64,000 nucleotides of DNA from a virus: IMG/VR virus record IMGVR_UViG_3300018080_000107; one strand, given 5' to 3'. Numbering within the stretch: the first letter of the stretch is position 1; each line of letters starts with the position of its first letter. Of the stretch, positions 9,646 through 20,561 are shown piece after piece. Both the position numbers and the translations under genes were made by a program. The notes beneath the pieces are model-generated. The model searched no databases. It was not told the DNA's origin and saw only the letters and a program-made list of their open reading frames with translations.

Positions 9646-11943
9646 TTATCCTATTGCTCTAAAACGGAATTGTACGTGATCTACGCGACCACCACCGACA
9701 TCAGAAGTATAATCCCATGCGAACATTTTTTCAACACCAATTATTCCAGAGGGATCTGTCGAAAGTGATCCTGTGTCAATATTACTCATTGAATCTGAAA
9801 GCGTTGTGTGAGGTGTTGCATTACTCCATGTAAGACCATAATCAGTAGTATATTGCACTTCTAAATCCACAGAATCAAAAAATGGCCAATCATATATTCG
9901 TACTGGCTGATATACGACTCTGTTTAATCTATCTTCATATGGGAATCGCTTTACCACACTGCCAGAAGGTAGCAATATTGAAGGTTCGTGCATATCCGTT
10001 GGTTCCAACCAAGAAATACGCTTACACCTAAATTGATTTTTGAATTCCCAATTTTCATTTGAATCAAGGGTATAATACAAAACTTGAGATGGAGGGTCTT
10101 GGCTCAACAAAGAAGCATCGCCTTCATCATTATAAAGTACATCTTCAGAAAAGAACAAATGAACCTTTTCTTCAATTTGATCCTTGTATCCAAAAACGTG
10201 GTAATTATGAACACCATTCCATCTCCAACCTTCAAATTTAGTTCCACTCGGTTGCAAACCACTCGGAATAAAAGCAATTGGCTCTTTTGTCTGTGTGGGA
10301 TACAAGAATTTTGTTTGTACATCATAATACATTGGAACATCCCATTGATCTGGAGATAGATCATAGTCGCAGTCATAAAATGTTCCTGACCCCTGCCAAA
10401 TAGGTTCTATTCCACTTGCTTGCAACCATCCAGATGGTTGACATGGTACTGCTGGTCCAGTTGTTCCAGATGGTTGTCCATTTAAAACAGTATCAAAATT
10501 ATTATAGCCAGAAAATTTATATGTCCCTATTTTACCCAAATATTCATTAGTTGTCATGCCTGATGGTGGAACAATCCCACTATTTGGCAATGAAGCAGAG
10601 TTATCTACAAATGAAGATAAATCTGATGATTTCAACCAGGCTATTCCAGCATTGCCGTCTGCCCTTCGATAATTCAAGAATAAATGTAGTGTATCATTAA
10701 GCTCAACACCATAGCACTTGTATCCATTAACACTATCTGGGTCGTCGGTGAATCTACCACCATAAATGCCAGAAGCTTGAGATGTTAGTGAAGTGTTTGC
10801 AACAACATCGTTTATAAGCACCACTTCTCCATCGACTATTTCATATAATTTACCATAATTGGTAAGTAGTAAAAGCCTTTGGTTATAATCAATAGGTGCT
10901 TTATATGCCGCGCCAGTTGTCCAATTACCAGCTATGGAAGGTTGATGATTTACATATTCTCCTGCTCTGACTTCAATATCAACAGAACCTTCTTTTAACA
11001 ATGGCACAAATCCATATCCACAAATTGTAGCTGGTGTCGTTACACCTATTAAAGTTTCTGCTACAATATAAATTCTACCATGCTTATAAACAGTTTGATG
11101 TTGAATACTATATCTCGCAGTATCTAAGCTACTTGTTGCATCAAGAGCAAATTGATGTGCTGTCCCACCAGTATATTCATTACTCGTACCACCTTGTTGT
11201 GAGGCATGAGTAAAGCCATGAAACAAACTCAAATAACCAGATGTGTAAACAGCAGATTGCCCATAAGGAGCCAATTCGTCTGCAGTCCAAAATTTTGTAT
11301 GTTGAACACCATATAGAAATCCACGAGTATATGCTGTAAATGTTTGTAATTGTGAAAATGAGTATGGTATATAATCAACGAAATGTCCCATGTCACATAT
11401 AGTAATAGTTGATCCACAACGAGTATAGTTGCCAAAATCTGAACGTCCTATTTTTTTATAGTATCCATCTTGAACCCAGCAAGGATATGGATTTCCCCAA
11501 TTCCCAGGATAAGTAGGACCAAGACTTCTATTACCAACTATGGCTGGATCGTTTGTAAGCGCATCACCGGCAAAAGCTGTTTCTAATCTGTCTAATCCTC
11601 CATATGGACAAAATGCTGTATAGTATATGTTGCCAAAATAACCAGTACCATATCTATGAACTTGTGTGAAAATTAATTCATTTCCACCCCAAGACAAACA
11701 ATTCACGCCAATATTTTGCCATCCTTGCCATGAATCAGGATAAACTTGTTGACTCGCGCCAGCACTGCCACCGTAATCTATAATGGTAGCACCTGGATAT
11801 GGAGCACGACATACATTTCCGCTTGGACCAATAAAAATCAAAAATGGATTCTTGGGACCAAAACCTCTATAGTCTGGATTTGCAGGGACAGTATCATAAC
11901 CACCTGCTCCCATAGCTGCTAATATTTTTCCACCGTAACCCAT
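9646..11943 (-). CDS. Baseplate/receptor-binding protein, propeller-like plus C-terminal beta-sandwich
   Basis: 765 aa; YTTDYGLTW; FAWDYTSDVG; paralogous to 2054 and 7714. Confidence 0.6.
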   Translation of the reverse strand: MGYGGKILAAMGAGGYDTVPANPDYRGFGPKNPFLIFIGPSGNVCRAPYPGATIIDYGGSAGASQQVYPDSWQGWQNIGVNCLSWGGNELIFTQVHRYGTGYFGNIYYTAFCPYGGLDRLETAFAGDALTNDPAIVGNRSLGPTYPGNWGNPYPCWVQDGYYKKIGRSDFGNYTRCGSTITICDMGHFVDYIPYSFSQLQTFTAYTRGFLYGVQHTKFWTADELAPYGQSAVYTSGYLSLFHGFTHASQQGGTSNEYTGGTAHQFALDATSSLDTARYSIQHQTVYKHGRIYIVAETLIGVTTPATICGYGFVPLLKEGSVDIEVRAGEYVNHQPSIAGNWTTGAAYKAPIDYNQRLLLLTNYGKLYEIVDGEVVLINDVVANTSLTSQASGIYGGRFTDDPDSVNGYKCYGVELNDTLHLFLNYRRADGNAGIAWLKSSDLSSFVDNSASLPNSGIVPPSGMTTNEYLGKIGTYKFSGYNNFDTVLNGQPSGTTGPAVPCQPSGWLQASGIEPIWQGSGTFYDCDYDLSPDQWDVPMYYDVQTKFLYPTQTKEPIAFIPSGLQPSGTKFEGWRWNGVHNYHVFGYKDQIEEKVHLFFSEDVLYNDEGDASLLSQDPPSQVLYYTLDSNENWEFKNQFRCKRISWLEPTDMHEPSILLPSGSVVKRFPYEDRLNRVVYQPVRIYDWPFFDSVDLEVQYTTDYGLTWSNATPHTTLSDSMSNIDTGSLSTDPSGIIGVEKMFAWDYTSDVGGGRVDHVQFRFRAIG

Positions 11944-11952
11944 GCCTACACC

Positions 11953-12507
11953 TTATAGATATTTATATGTTACTCTATATCGAAAACCACCAACTCCAGC
12001 CCCACCGTAAACTCCAACTGGCGTATCTGGATCAACAGACACGCTCAAATAAATGTACTGAGAACAATCAGCATCATTTCCAGCACTTTCAATTGTAGTT
12101 AAACCACTTGAGCTAAGAAGATTTTGTGCGCTTGGTAGCGAAGTCGGTGTAAACACACCATCATCTTTGTCTATTTGCAACCCAGACTGCCAAGCTGTAT
12201 TCATTTGTTGATTGAACCATACGTTATAATCGGTTCCTCGTCCAACAAAGTCAGTAATAGAACTTAACCAGAACTTCATGTCGAAAATTTGTTCGGTAGC
12301 ATCTTCCATGCTGTCTATAACCCATACGGCACATTTTGTTGGTGTAGTGACTACAACGCCACTCCCATTATTCAAATCTCCGTAGTTTAATTCTCCGCTT
12401 GGACTTACATCCAGTATCTTATAGCCGCTTGCAGAAATATTCCTAAAACCGCTTGGGCTTGGTGCTTTAACCGAATACTGTATGAAATGTGTAATAGGTG
12501 CTCCCAT
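11953..12507 (-). CDS. Baseplate structural protein (paralogue family with 6305 and 7022)
   Basis: IFDMKFWLSSITDF, DADCSQYIY, GVYGG, FRYRVTY. Confidence 0.65.
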   Translation of the reverse strand: MGAPITHFIQYSVKAPSPSGFRNISASGYKILDVSPSGELNYGDLNNGSGVVVTTPTKCAVWVIDSMEDATEQIFDMKFWLSSITDFVGRGTDYNVWFNQQMNTAWQSGLQIDKDDGVFTPTSLPSAQNLLSSSGLTTIESAGNDADCSQYIYLSVSVDPDTPVGVYGGAGVGGFRYRVTYKYL

Positions 12508-12516
12508 TATTCACTC

Positions 12517-13824
12517 CTATAGATACGTTAGATAGCTGCTGTAAGCCGGTGCGGTGAACGTCCACTCAATACTGAACTCAACAATATTCTCTGTCTCATC
12601 AATATTATACGACTTTTGGCTTACTCTGTAACTTGTTCCATAGCCTGTTGGGGCTACTTCTTCAATCCGTTCGTTTATATATGTTTTTAGGTCTGCCAGC
12701 GGATAATCAGGCTTTTTGACCGCTTTGCCTGCCACTGTGACAGTTCCTTCAGTCGATGTGCCAAGATCCTGAACCACTGGGCCGTCTATTTTATTGACAA
12801 TTGTATGAGAAGCAAACACTTCCACTGGCTCTGTTATATCTTTTGACATCTCAAATTCAGTAATACCAGATGGAAGAATATCAATATCATCTTCATAACC
12901 ATAGCTATAGTCTATAGTTCCGAGTTGTTGATTCTCAGCAACGCTATATGTATTTGGTAATGATGGTAGCTCCAGCAATCCTCCATAGCGAAGATATACA
13001 CCAGAAGCATGAGCCAACACATTGTTTTTTATCGCGTTCCAGCCATTTACCGCATTATCAAATTTTAATGTACTTCGACCAAGCCCCTCAATATTGCCAT
13101 CAATTGTAACGGTAATATTACCATCTTCATCTGAATCAAAACTACTGGAAACCGTATGCCGATATGCGCCAGATGACAATATAAAAGTTTCTGTTATTTC
13201 ATATGTTCCGTCAACTTCATTGGCGTTTTCAGAACGATATGTTTCATATGCAACCAGTGCTCCAGATCCTTCACAAAAAGCAGGCAAAAATGAAGGCACA
13301 CCATCGTAACCAACTTGATCTAAAACATAAATCTTTGCATTTTCTAAAGCATTCTGTCCGGCAGTATTAATACCTTGGGCATTAACTGTGTGCTCAACAG
13401 TAATAGTCTTTAGATCCTCATTTTCTGTAAAACTCCAGGATTCATCATAAGTCTCAATGCCACTTATTGAGCCAGCAGACTCTTTCTCATACATTTCGAT
13501 TGTATATGGAATCTTGTCAACCCAGACGCCCTCTTCAAAAGACACGCTATTAACTGTTGGATATCCAGACATCAATGGAACGTCGTTATACTCTACGACA
13601 AATTGCTGATTGCCGCTTGCGAGTGCAATTTCCATTTCTTGCCGTAGATCCATAAGGCTGCCAAAGTCGCCAGGCTTATAAATCAAGTATCCAGCAAGAG
13701 AATATGTAACGCCAGTGAATATTAAATTTTCTTGAGCGTCAAAATTATTCTCTATAGTTTTTGTGATGAGTGGCGCAGGCACAAACTCATAATTGCCATA
13801 GAACATTCGTGATGCTGTTGCCAT
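12517..13824 (-). CDS. Putative distal tail/hub protein
   Basis: Immediately downstream of the tape measure gene; acidic, beta-rich, 435 aa. Call is positional. Confidence 0.5.
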   Translation of the reverse strand: MATASRMFYGNYEFVPAPLITKTIENNFDAQENLIFTGVTYSLAGYLIYKPGDFGSLMDLRQEMEIALASGNQQFVVEYNDVPLMSGYPTVNSVSFEEGVWVDKIPYTIEMYEKESAGSISGIETYDESWSFTENEDLKTITVEHTVNAQGINTAGQNALENAKIYVLDQVGYDGVPSFLPAFCEGSGALVAYETYRSENANEVDGTYEITETFILSSGAYRHTVSSSFDSDEDGNITVTIDGNIEGLGRSTLKFDNAVNGWNAIKNNVLAHASGVYLRYGGLLELPSLPNTYSVAENQQLGTIDYSYGYEDDIDILPSGITEFEMSKDITEPVEVFASHTIVNKIDGPVVQDLGTSTEGTVTVAGKAVKKPDYPLADLKTYINERIEEVAPTGYGTSYRVSQKSYNIDETENIVEFSIEWTFTAPAYSSYLTYL

Positions 13825-13826
13825 CT

Positions 13827-16800
13827 TTATACTCCGTCAATTCCTGCTTCTTTTAACCTACGAATAATGTGGTTCAAGGTAGCCTGCAACGCAGCAGACT
13901 CAGCCTTAGAAGTAATCTTTGCCATATTGCGCTTGAATATTTGCTCAAGTGCTTGTCCCATTTCCGCAACACCCTTAACAGTCAACTCTCTCTTTCCACC
14001 GACATCGATCTTTATATTCTGCTCTTGCTTGAAAAGCTTCTTATCGCCTGCCAGATCCATTAGCTCTTTCTGTTGACCCATGAGTGCTTCTATCTTTTTC
14101 AAGAGCGCAGGGACGCTCTCAGCCCCCTCTAACCGCAAACTACCATTGCTTCCAGGTTGACTTGTTCTTTCAATCGACTTACGTGACGACCTAACTGTGG
14201 TATCAGGAATATTAACCTGTCCAAATACCTTGGCCGCCTGTTGTGGTGTCATGACCAATTCAGAACTATTAGCAAGAACTAATTCAGATCCCGCTGGCAT
14301 TTTTGCTTTCTCTCGTTTTGCAGCAGCAACCAAATTGCCCATTTCTGGCATTGTCAAACCAGTTGCCCGGTTACTTCCACCACTATATTTATTAGTTATG
14401 TTCTTTACGGTAACATTAATCTTAATATTTAATGCCGCCACTGCCCTTGCTACCGCATCAATACTCGCAACAACTCGACCAAGCGAAGAGCCTCCTGCTA
14501 GATTTTCAATAGCCCGTGTGGCCGCAGCAGTATTTTCCTGAACCTTTAGGTTTGTTTTCGCCATATTTTCGGCATGCACAAGATTCTTTGCAAGATTTTC
14601 TGATGTTGTTCTGGATGTTGTCTCAATGGATGCCAATTTGGCAGCACTTTCTGTTGTCTGTTGTGCAATAACCTCAGAATTTGTAGCAGACGTTTCATCA
14701 AGTGCGGCTGATTTTGCGGTGCTTTCAACAATCGCTTGCTGATTGGGCACAAGAGTTTCTTCCATTACCTGACGATTCGCCTCAATAACGGCGTCTCTCA
14801 TTTTTTCTTGACTAATAGCTTCGTCTGCACCTTCCTCTTCAGTTAGTGATCTTTGTTCCTCAAGTTGTTGAAGAACTCCATTGAGAACTTCTGTCATATT
14901 AACTTGAGTATTTGTAAGATTAATTTGTGCTTGCTGAAAAGCATCGATATTAGATCGTAACGCTGTAATTTCTGCAGCAAGTGGTGCAGTTGCGTTAGCA
15001 TTTTCAGAAAGCTTTTGAATTAGTAGTTCGTCGTCCAGTGCCACCTTGCTTATGTCGGCAATCGGACCCTCTGCAGACTGGATTCCCTTTTCTGTCAATC
15101 CACCGAGACTTTTTGCCAACTCACTCATTGTGCGTGTATTTTCACTAATCCCTTCAAGGATTCCCTTATTTGTTGCTATCTGTTCTGGAACTCCTTCAAC
15201 CAAGGCTCTCATGCCAGGATTAATACTATCAAGGATTGCAACATTGGAACGATATGTATTTTGCTCCTGCTCAAGTTGTCCCTGGAGGAACTTTTTGCGC
15301 TCTTGTGCATCCTTCAATTGTTGTTTTAATGTTTGACCACTTTCCTCTGTGGCATTTTTCATTTCTTCAATTTTTTGTGCAGCTTCTTCAGACTCTCTTA
15401 TCTCAAGTTCATTTTGACGGATTTGGCGTTCCATATTGCCAACCATACCGTCTATTCCCTCATTTGTCTTTTGCTGCTCCTCAACCATGCGAATTTGCTC
15501 ATTAGCAACCGCCTGTGCCGATGTTACAACTTGACTCTTTAATGTATCGAGTGCTGAAGTATCTATACCTGCACGTTCCAATCCTGCGCGTGCAACAAGC
15601 TCCTCGCCCTGCTCACCAAATCGCAACTTAAGAATCTGTGCTGCCGCATCTCTCAAATGTGCTGGCATTTGTGCCAAGGTATCAGACATGCTTGCAGTTG
15701 AATTTTGAAGAATAGCGTTTGCCTGTGCAAGCTTTCTAATTTGTGTGGGGCTTGCTGTAAACAGTGATTCTCCAAAGCCCTTTAGTTTATCATACTCACT
15801 CTTGAAAATATCAAGTGATGCCTGGGCGCTTTCTGTTCTAACACGAACGATTGAATCTTCAGAAGACATCAACATATTTGCAGCAGTCTCGCTGGCAATA
15901 GCAATCTGTCCAAATGCGTTAGTCAAGGTTTTGGTTAAGCCCAGTTCGCGTTTTATTCCAATGACGTATTGGTTGGCAGAATCGCGTGCATCTTGTAAAG
16001 CCTTCTTTTGTTCTCTAAGTTGATTGTTTACAGCCTGCACGGCACGGATATGCTCAATCTGTGCTCGTATCTGTTCGTTCTGTGCAACCAGAGAATCTCG
16101 TCGGCCTGCACGGTTTGCCAATTCCTCTGGCACAGCAACTGTTTTCATCTGTGCCTTTAGCTTTGTAATTTCCTTATCAAGATTTTGAATGTCTGCTCGC
16201 AAAGACACCATCTTATTTAATGAGTCTGTAGCGCCTTGTGCCGCCTCTTCCATTCTGCTGAAAGAATCAACAACACTACGTTCCATAGCTTGTGCTACTG
16301 CAATAGCCGTATCTTGCTTTTTCTTTTCTTCGGCCTGAATAATTTGTGATGCAAGCTGGGCTCTTTTAACTGTGTCTGTTGTTCTATTGCGAACAGCTTG
16401 AAGCATTTTGGTTTCGGCGTTAGAATTTGCGTTAATGCGTTGTAGTGTGTACGCAAGCTCAACCTTTGATGCATTATTAAGCTGATTTGTAATTTCTGTA
16501 CTAAGATTTGCCAACTGATCCTTAATAACACCAGTGTTTAGAACAGCGGCAATTTCTTGGTCACTAATACCAGCCTTCTCTGCAGACTGCAAAAATGCCT
16601 CTGTGATATTACGTCCAATTTCTCCTCGTGCAGCTTCGAGTTGCTTTAGTTGTTCTAATTCTGTTTTGACAACATCAAACCTAGACATTTCAAGTTGCTT
16701 AATCTCATCAGTTCGTTGAAGAATTAGCTTGCCAAGTTCATCAATCGCTGCTTTGGATTGTTCTGTCAATTGAGCATTCAATCTTAATTCAATTTGTCGA

Positions 16801-19800
16801 ATTATAGGCGATATTTCTTTTTCGCCAAGCCCCTGTGCTCTTGCCGCTTCGATATTTTGTTGTTTGAGTTGTTCTGCTGCTTGTGCAGCTTTCACCATTG
16901 CGTCACGAGTTTCTGTAACAACCTTCTTGGCGCTAATCATAGCCTTTTCGGACTGTGATATATTTTGACCTTGTAGCGCAGCAGACAACGCGATATCTTG
17001 CTGTAGCAACTGTAACTCAAGAGCAACTCGTGCCTCTTCCTGTTGTAGAGACAATGACTCTTCTAATGCCTTGTTGCGAAGCTTGATGGACTCAACTGCC
17101 TTGAATGCATTGATAACAAAATCGGCACCAGTTTTATTAGCTTCTTTTTGCGCCTCTTCATATCGTTTTGTAAATTTAGATATAGCTTCATTAACACCGG
17201 CAAGTTGCTTACCAGTCTTCAAAGCCTCTTCTAAATCTTGATTCCAATTTTGTGTAATCGCATTAATAACATCCATACGATCTTTTAGTGCATCTGCACC
17301 AGCAGCACCCTCAACAAGTTTTCTAACATGATCGGAAAGATTGTCTGGAATTTTATCCCCAGTTAGTTCTGCGATCTGCTTATAGCTTTCAGCCAATTTT
17401 TGCACGTCTGTATCAGTAAGACGTGACCCTTCTTGAATTTGTTTTTGACCTTCTAATATATTATCAATAGCATTGTAAATATTATCTACATCTCCAACTT
17501 CAAGCTTAATTCCATCTTTTCCAATATTTTGTGTACTTGTTTGAATGTCACTAAATTGTTGTGTAAGGTCACGTGCCTGTTTTTCCATTCTCACAAGCTC
17601 ATCTTCCATGAGTTTAAGTTGTGGAGTTGACACTTTGACATTTTTATTCCATTCACCCATCGCTTGTGATGCATCTATGACACCGCGATTAATCTTATCA
17701 GTAATTTCAGCAATTTCATTAAATGGCAATTGCATATCTTTTACATTTTCACCACCAAAGAATGAAATCTCAAATTGTTCACGATTAGCCTCTTGTATTC
17801 CATCAAGAAAAGTTTTAATCTCGGAATCCATTTTGCCAAGCGCATCTTCTGCACGGCTTATATCAATATCAACTTGAGTTTTGCCAATATCAGCAAGAGC
17901 CTTACGCAATGATTTGGCCAATGGTTCGGCATCTTCTAATTCTTGGAATGCTTCCTCCCATTCAACCTTAAGTAGATCAGCTTGTTTAACCAGTTCGTTA
18001 ATTTCTTGTTTGATTGCAGCAACGCCACCGGCTTTCAAAACTTCAACAGAAACCTGCAAAGGAAGTTTTGTTGTATCAAATACCAAACGTCTTTCTATCC
18101 CTTGTGGAGTAGCGAACTCTTGCCATTCCGCAAGGCCGCGACTAACAAGACCTTGAGCAATTGTAAAATCTCGCGCTGCAGCAGCCATTAATTCTTGTTG
18201 ATTTACAACTGCTTTGGCGGCTTTAATTTCTTCGTCTCTTAATCTATTCTGTGCTTCTACTCTTTGTTGCCATGCCTGTATGGTGAATTGCAATGCGCCT
18301 ATAGCGGCACCTGCTATTGCGGCCTTGCGACCAAAAAGTGCCATTGGTACTGTAGTTTTTAATATTGCATTTGTTGCATCTGCAGTAGCTTTAGTTGTGG
18401 TGTTGCCATTTTCTTCTGCAATTTCAGAAAGACGATTAAGTTGGGTGCTAACAGCATCGGTTGCTTGCAACAAAACAGCCCAAGATGCCATTTTAAATGC
18501 TGGACTTTGTGTAATATTATTTACCCTACCACCAAATGTAGCAATTCTTGACCCTATTCTTTTAACATTAGATCCAAAATTTTTCAAAGATGTCACAATA
18601 GAACGCTGTTGCTTTATTACTGCGTCATTTGGCGCTCTCCATTTTTGAAGGCCCTTCGTTACATCGTTGATAGCAATTTGGAAATTATCAGTTTGTGCTT
18701 TTCTCACTGCTGCCAATGCTTTAACTTGCTTGGATACTCCAGGACTTGATTGTGCTGATGAAGGTTGTCCAGCTAATCCTCCTGCAAGCATGCCTGGATC
18801 TACAGTTGCTTTACGCTGTTGTAATAGTTTATTTCCATCAGCAATAAGTTTGTTTTGTTGTGCATATTTGGCATTTGTTTGTGTGATATTGACTATCCGA
18901 CCACCTTCTGCTTCAATCAATTTTTTTATGCCAGCTTGGCTTGCTGTTAAAAATGCTGAAAATCCAGCAGCAGCCTTTTTGATATGAGGCAATAATACCT
19001 GTGCAAACAATACTAACACCAAATTCTTTATGGCACTAAATGAACTTAATGCACCACCAAGAAATGGACTCCAGCTTTCTATTCCTTTTGCAAAATCTTG
19101 TACAGCTTGGATTCCGCCTGTTATTGTTCCAATTACATTAGAAAGTAAGTTTACAGTTTCCTTGTAAAAAGAGGTTGCTCCAACATCTTGCAAAAGCTTA
19201 GCAAATTTAGCAATTGATACACCGAGTGCTCTATGTGCAGCTTCAAGTGTTTGTGCTTCAATTGTAGCTTTGCGCTGTACTTCTCCACTTCTTTCTTGAG
19301 CAGCATTAAGATTGTTTAAAAATTTCTCATTGTTGCTCATCAAAGCAGAAAGCTCAGTGAAGCGTCTTGCTCCTCCAACAAGCTGACCAATAGCGGTTCT
19401 TTGACTGTCGCCAAGTTTGTCCCATGCTCCTGCTACAAACTGAAGTGTTTTAGCTACACTGTTATTTTCTGCATTTAACTGTGTTAATGATTTTTCATTG
19501 CGTGTATATTCTGCAGTTAGTTCAATAATACGCTGTCTATTCTTAGCCGTATTGACAAGAATTGTTTTGAATGCTGTTCCAATTCTATTGGCTGCTAACT
19601 GGGTGGTTCCAGCAACGGTTGCCATCATAGCAGCAAGTTCCTCTGTGGATATGCCGAATGCATTAGCTGTCGCACCGGCCCTAATAAAGCCTTGTGCTAA
19701 ATCTTTTACGACTACTGCGTTTTGATCAGCAAGCTGTGAGAAAACTGCTACCTTATCACGTGCATCTTCCCAACTAACACCCATAGCATTTACAGTTGTT

Positions 19801-20561
19801 GTCAATAGTTTTTGGGCAGTAACAGAATCTACAGTGGAAACATTGAGCAAATCCATTGCTGCTCGTGTTGCTCGCATCGCATCTTCAGCATTAAGACCAG
19901 TTCTTACAAAACCAGTCATAGCGTCAGAAACTTCAGAAAAACTTCGTCGGCTATCAACTGCAAGGTCAAGAAGATCGTTTGTTATTGCGTCGATTGACTC
20001 TGCGGTTTCTCCTCCTAAAACCTTGGCTAAGCTTGCGGCAGTGCTATCAAGTTCTTTCATCGCGTCCGAAGTCGCACGCAGTGCTTCCATAAACTTAAAT
20101 AGTAATGTTGTCCACACAAAGAATCCTGAAAATCGTTTTCCAATTTCTGCAATGCGAACACCAAATAGTGCTGAACTCACACCAGCATTTTGAAAACTTT
20201 TTCCAAGCTCTCGCACCTTTTGGTCTGCTGCAGTCAATACTTGCACTTCTTTTGGATCTACTGAGCGACTTTTACTCATTCTAATGCGTGCGTCTGCCAA
20301 TCCTTTAGTGGCCTTAGCATCTTTATTGATCGCAGTGGTGTGTGAAGTTAGTGCTTTGGTTTCCTTATTTATCTTCGCAGCACCCTGTTGGCCACCGCCA
20401 ACGCTATCTATTTTAAGTTGCTCGAACTTCTTTTTCAGTTGTGCGAGATTAGTTTTGGCAATTGCTGCATTGATAGCTGCTTGAACCTGCTTTGTAATTG
20501 CAGATGTTTCAATGTCGCTATCAAGAAACTTAATCCCAAGTCGTATCTGTACGTCAGCCAT
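13827..20561 (-). CDS. Tail tape measure protein
   Basis: 2244 aa, Ala/Gln/Leu-rich helical; TP901-type core (DAMTGFVRTG...DLAQGFIRAGATANAFGISTEELAAM...IGTAFKTI); lies after tube and chaperones. Confidence 0.92.
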   Translation of the reverse strand: MADVQIRLGIKFLDSDIETSAITKQVQAAINAAIAKTNLAQLKKKFEQLKIDSVGGGQQGAAKINKETKALTSHTTAINKDAKATKGLADARIRMSKSRSVDPKEVQVLTAADQKVRELGKSFQNAGVSSALFGVRIAEIGKRFSGFFVWTTLLFKFMEALRATSDAMKELDSTAASLAKVLGGETAESIDAITNDLLDLAVDSRRSFSEVSDAMTGFVRTGLNAEDAMRATRAAMDLLNVSTVDSVTAQKLLTTTVNAMGVSWEDARDKVAVFSQLADQNAVVVKDLAQGFIRAGATANAFGISTEELAAMMATVAGTTQLAANRIGTAFKTILVNTAKNRQRIIELTAEYTRNEKSLTQLNAENNSVAKTLQFVAGAWDKLGDSQRTAIGQLVGGARRFTELSALMSNNEKFLNNLNAAQERSGEVQRKATIEAQTLEAAHRALGVSIAKFAKLLQDVGATSFYKETVNLLSNVIGTITGGIQAVQDFAKGIESWSPFLGGALSSFSAIKNLVLVLFAQVLLPHIKKAAAGFSAFLTASQAGIKKLIEAEGGRIVNITQTNAKYAQQNKLIADGNKLLQQRKATVDPGMLAGGLAGQPSSAQSSPGVSKQVKALAAVRKAQTDNFQIAINDVTKGLQKWRAPNDAVIKQQRSIVTSLKNFGSNVKRIGSRIATFGGRVNNITQSPAFKMASWAVLLQATDAVSTQLNRLSEIAEENGNTTTKATADATNAILKTTVPMALFGRKAAIAGAAIGALQFTIQAWQQRVEAQNRLRDEEIKAAKAVVNQQELMAAAARDFTIAQGLVSRGLAEWQEFATPQGIERRLVFDTTKLPLQVSVEVLKAGGVAAIKQEINELVKQADLLKVEWEEAFQELEDAEPLAKSLRKALADIGKTQVDIDISRAEDALGKMDSEIKTFLDGIQEANREQFEISFFGGENVKDMQLPFNEIAEITDKINRGVIDASQAMGEWNKNVKVSTPQLKLMEDELVRMEKQARDLTQQFSDIQTSTQNIGKDGIKLEVGDVDNIYNAIDNILEGQKQIQEGSRLTDTDVQKLAESYKQIAELTGDKIPDNLSDHVRKLVEGAAGADALKDRMDVINAITQNWNQDLEEALKTGKQLAGVNEAISKFTKRYEEAQKEANKTGADFVINAFKAVESIKLRNKALEESLSLQQEEARVALELQLLQQDIALSAALQGQNISQSEKAMISAKKVVTETRDAMVKAAQAAEQLKQQNIEAARAQGLGEKEISPIIRQIELRLNAQLTEQSKAAIDELGKLILQRTDEIKQLEMSRFDVVKTELEQLKQLEAARGEIGRNITEAFLQSAEKAGISDQEIAAVLNTGVIKDQLANLSTEITNQLNNASKVELAYTLQRINANSNAETKMLQAVRNRTTDTVKRAQLASQIIQAEEKKKQDTAIAVAQAMERSVVDSFSRMEEAAQGATDSLNKMVSLRADIQNLDKEITKLKAQMKTVAVPEELANRAGRRDSLVAQNEQIRAQIEHIRAVQAVNNQLREQKKALQDARDSANQYVIGIKRELGLTKTLTNAFGQIAIASETAANMLMSSEDSIVRVRTESAQASLDIFKSEYDKLKGFGESLFTASPTQIRKLAQANAILQNSTASMSDTLAQMPAHLRDAAAQILKLRFGEQGEELVARAGLERAGIDTSALDTLKSQVVTSAQAVANEQIRMVEEQQKTNEGIDGMVGNMERQIRQNELEIRESEEAAQKIEEMKNATEESGQTLKQQLKDAQERKKFLQGQLEQEQNTYRSNVAILDSINPGMRALVEGVPEQIATNKGILEGISENTRTMSELAKSLGGLTEKGIQSAEGPIADISKVALDDELLIQKLSENANATAPLAAEITALRSNIDAFQQAQINLTNTQVNMTEVLNGVLQQLEEQRSLTEEEGADEAISQEKMRDAVIEANRQVMEETLVPNQQAIVESTAKSAALDETSATNSEVIAQQTTESAAKLASIETTSRTTSENLAKNLVHAENMAKTNLKVQENTAAATRAIENLAGGSSLGRVVASIDAVARAVAALNIKINVTVKNITNKYSGGSNRATGLTMPEMGNLVAAAKREKAKMPAGSELVLANSSELVMTPQQAAKVFGQVNIPDTTVRSSRKSIERTSQPGSNGSLRLEGAESVPALLKKIEALMGQQKELMDLAGDKKLFKQEQNIKIDVGGKRELTVKGVAEMGQALEQIFKRNMAKITSKAESAALQATLNHIIRRLKEAGIDGV

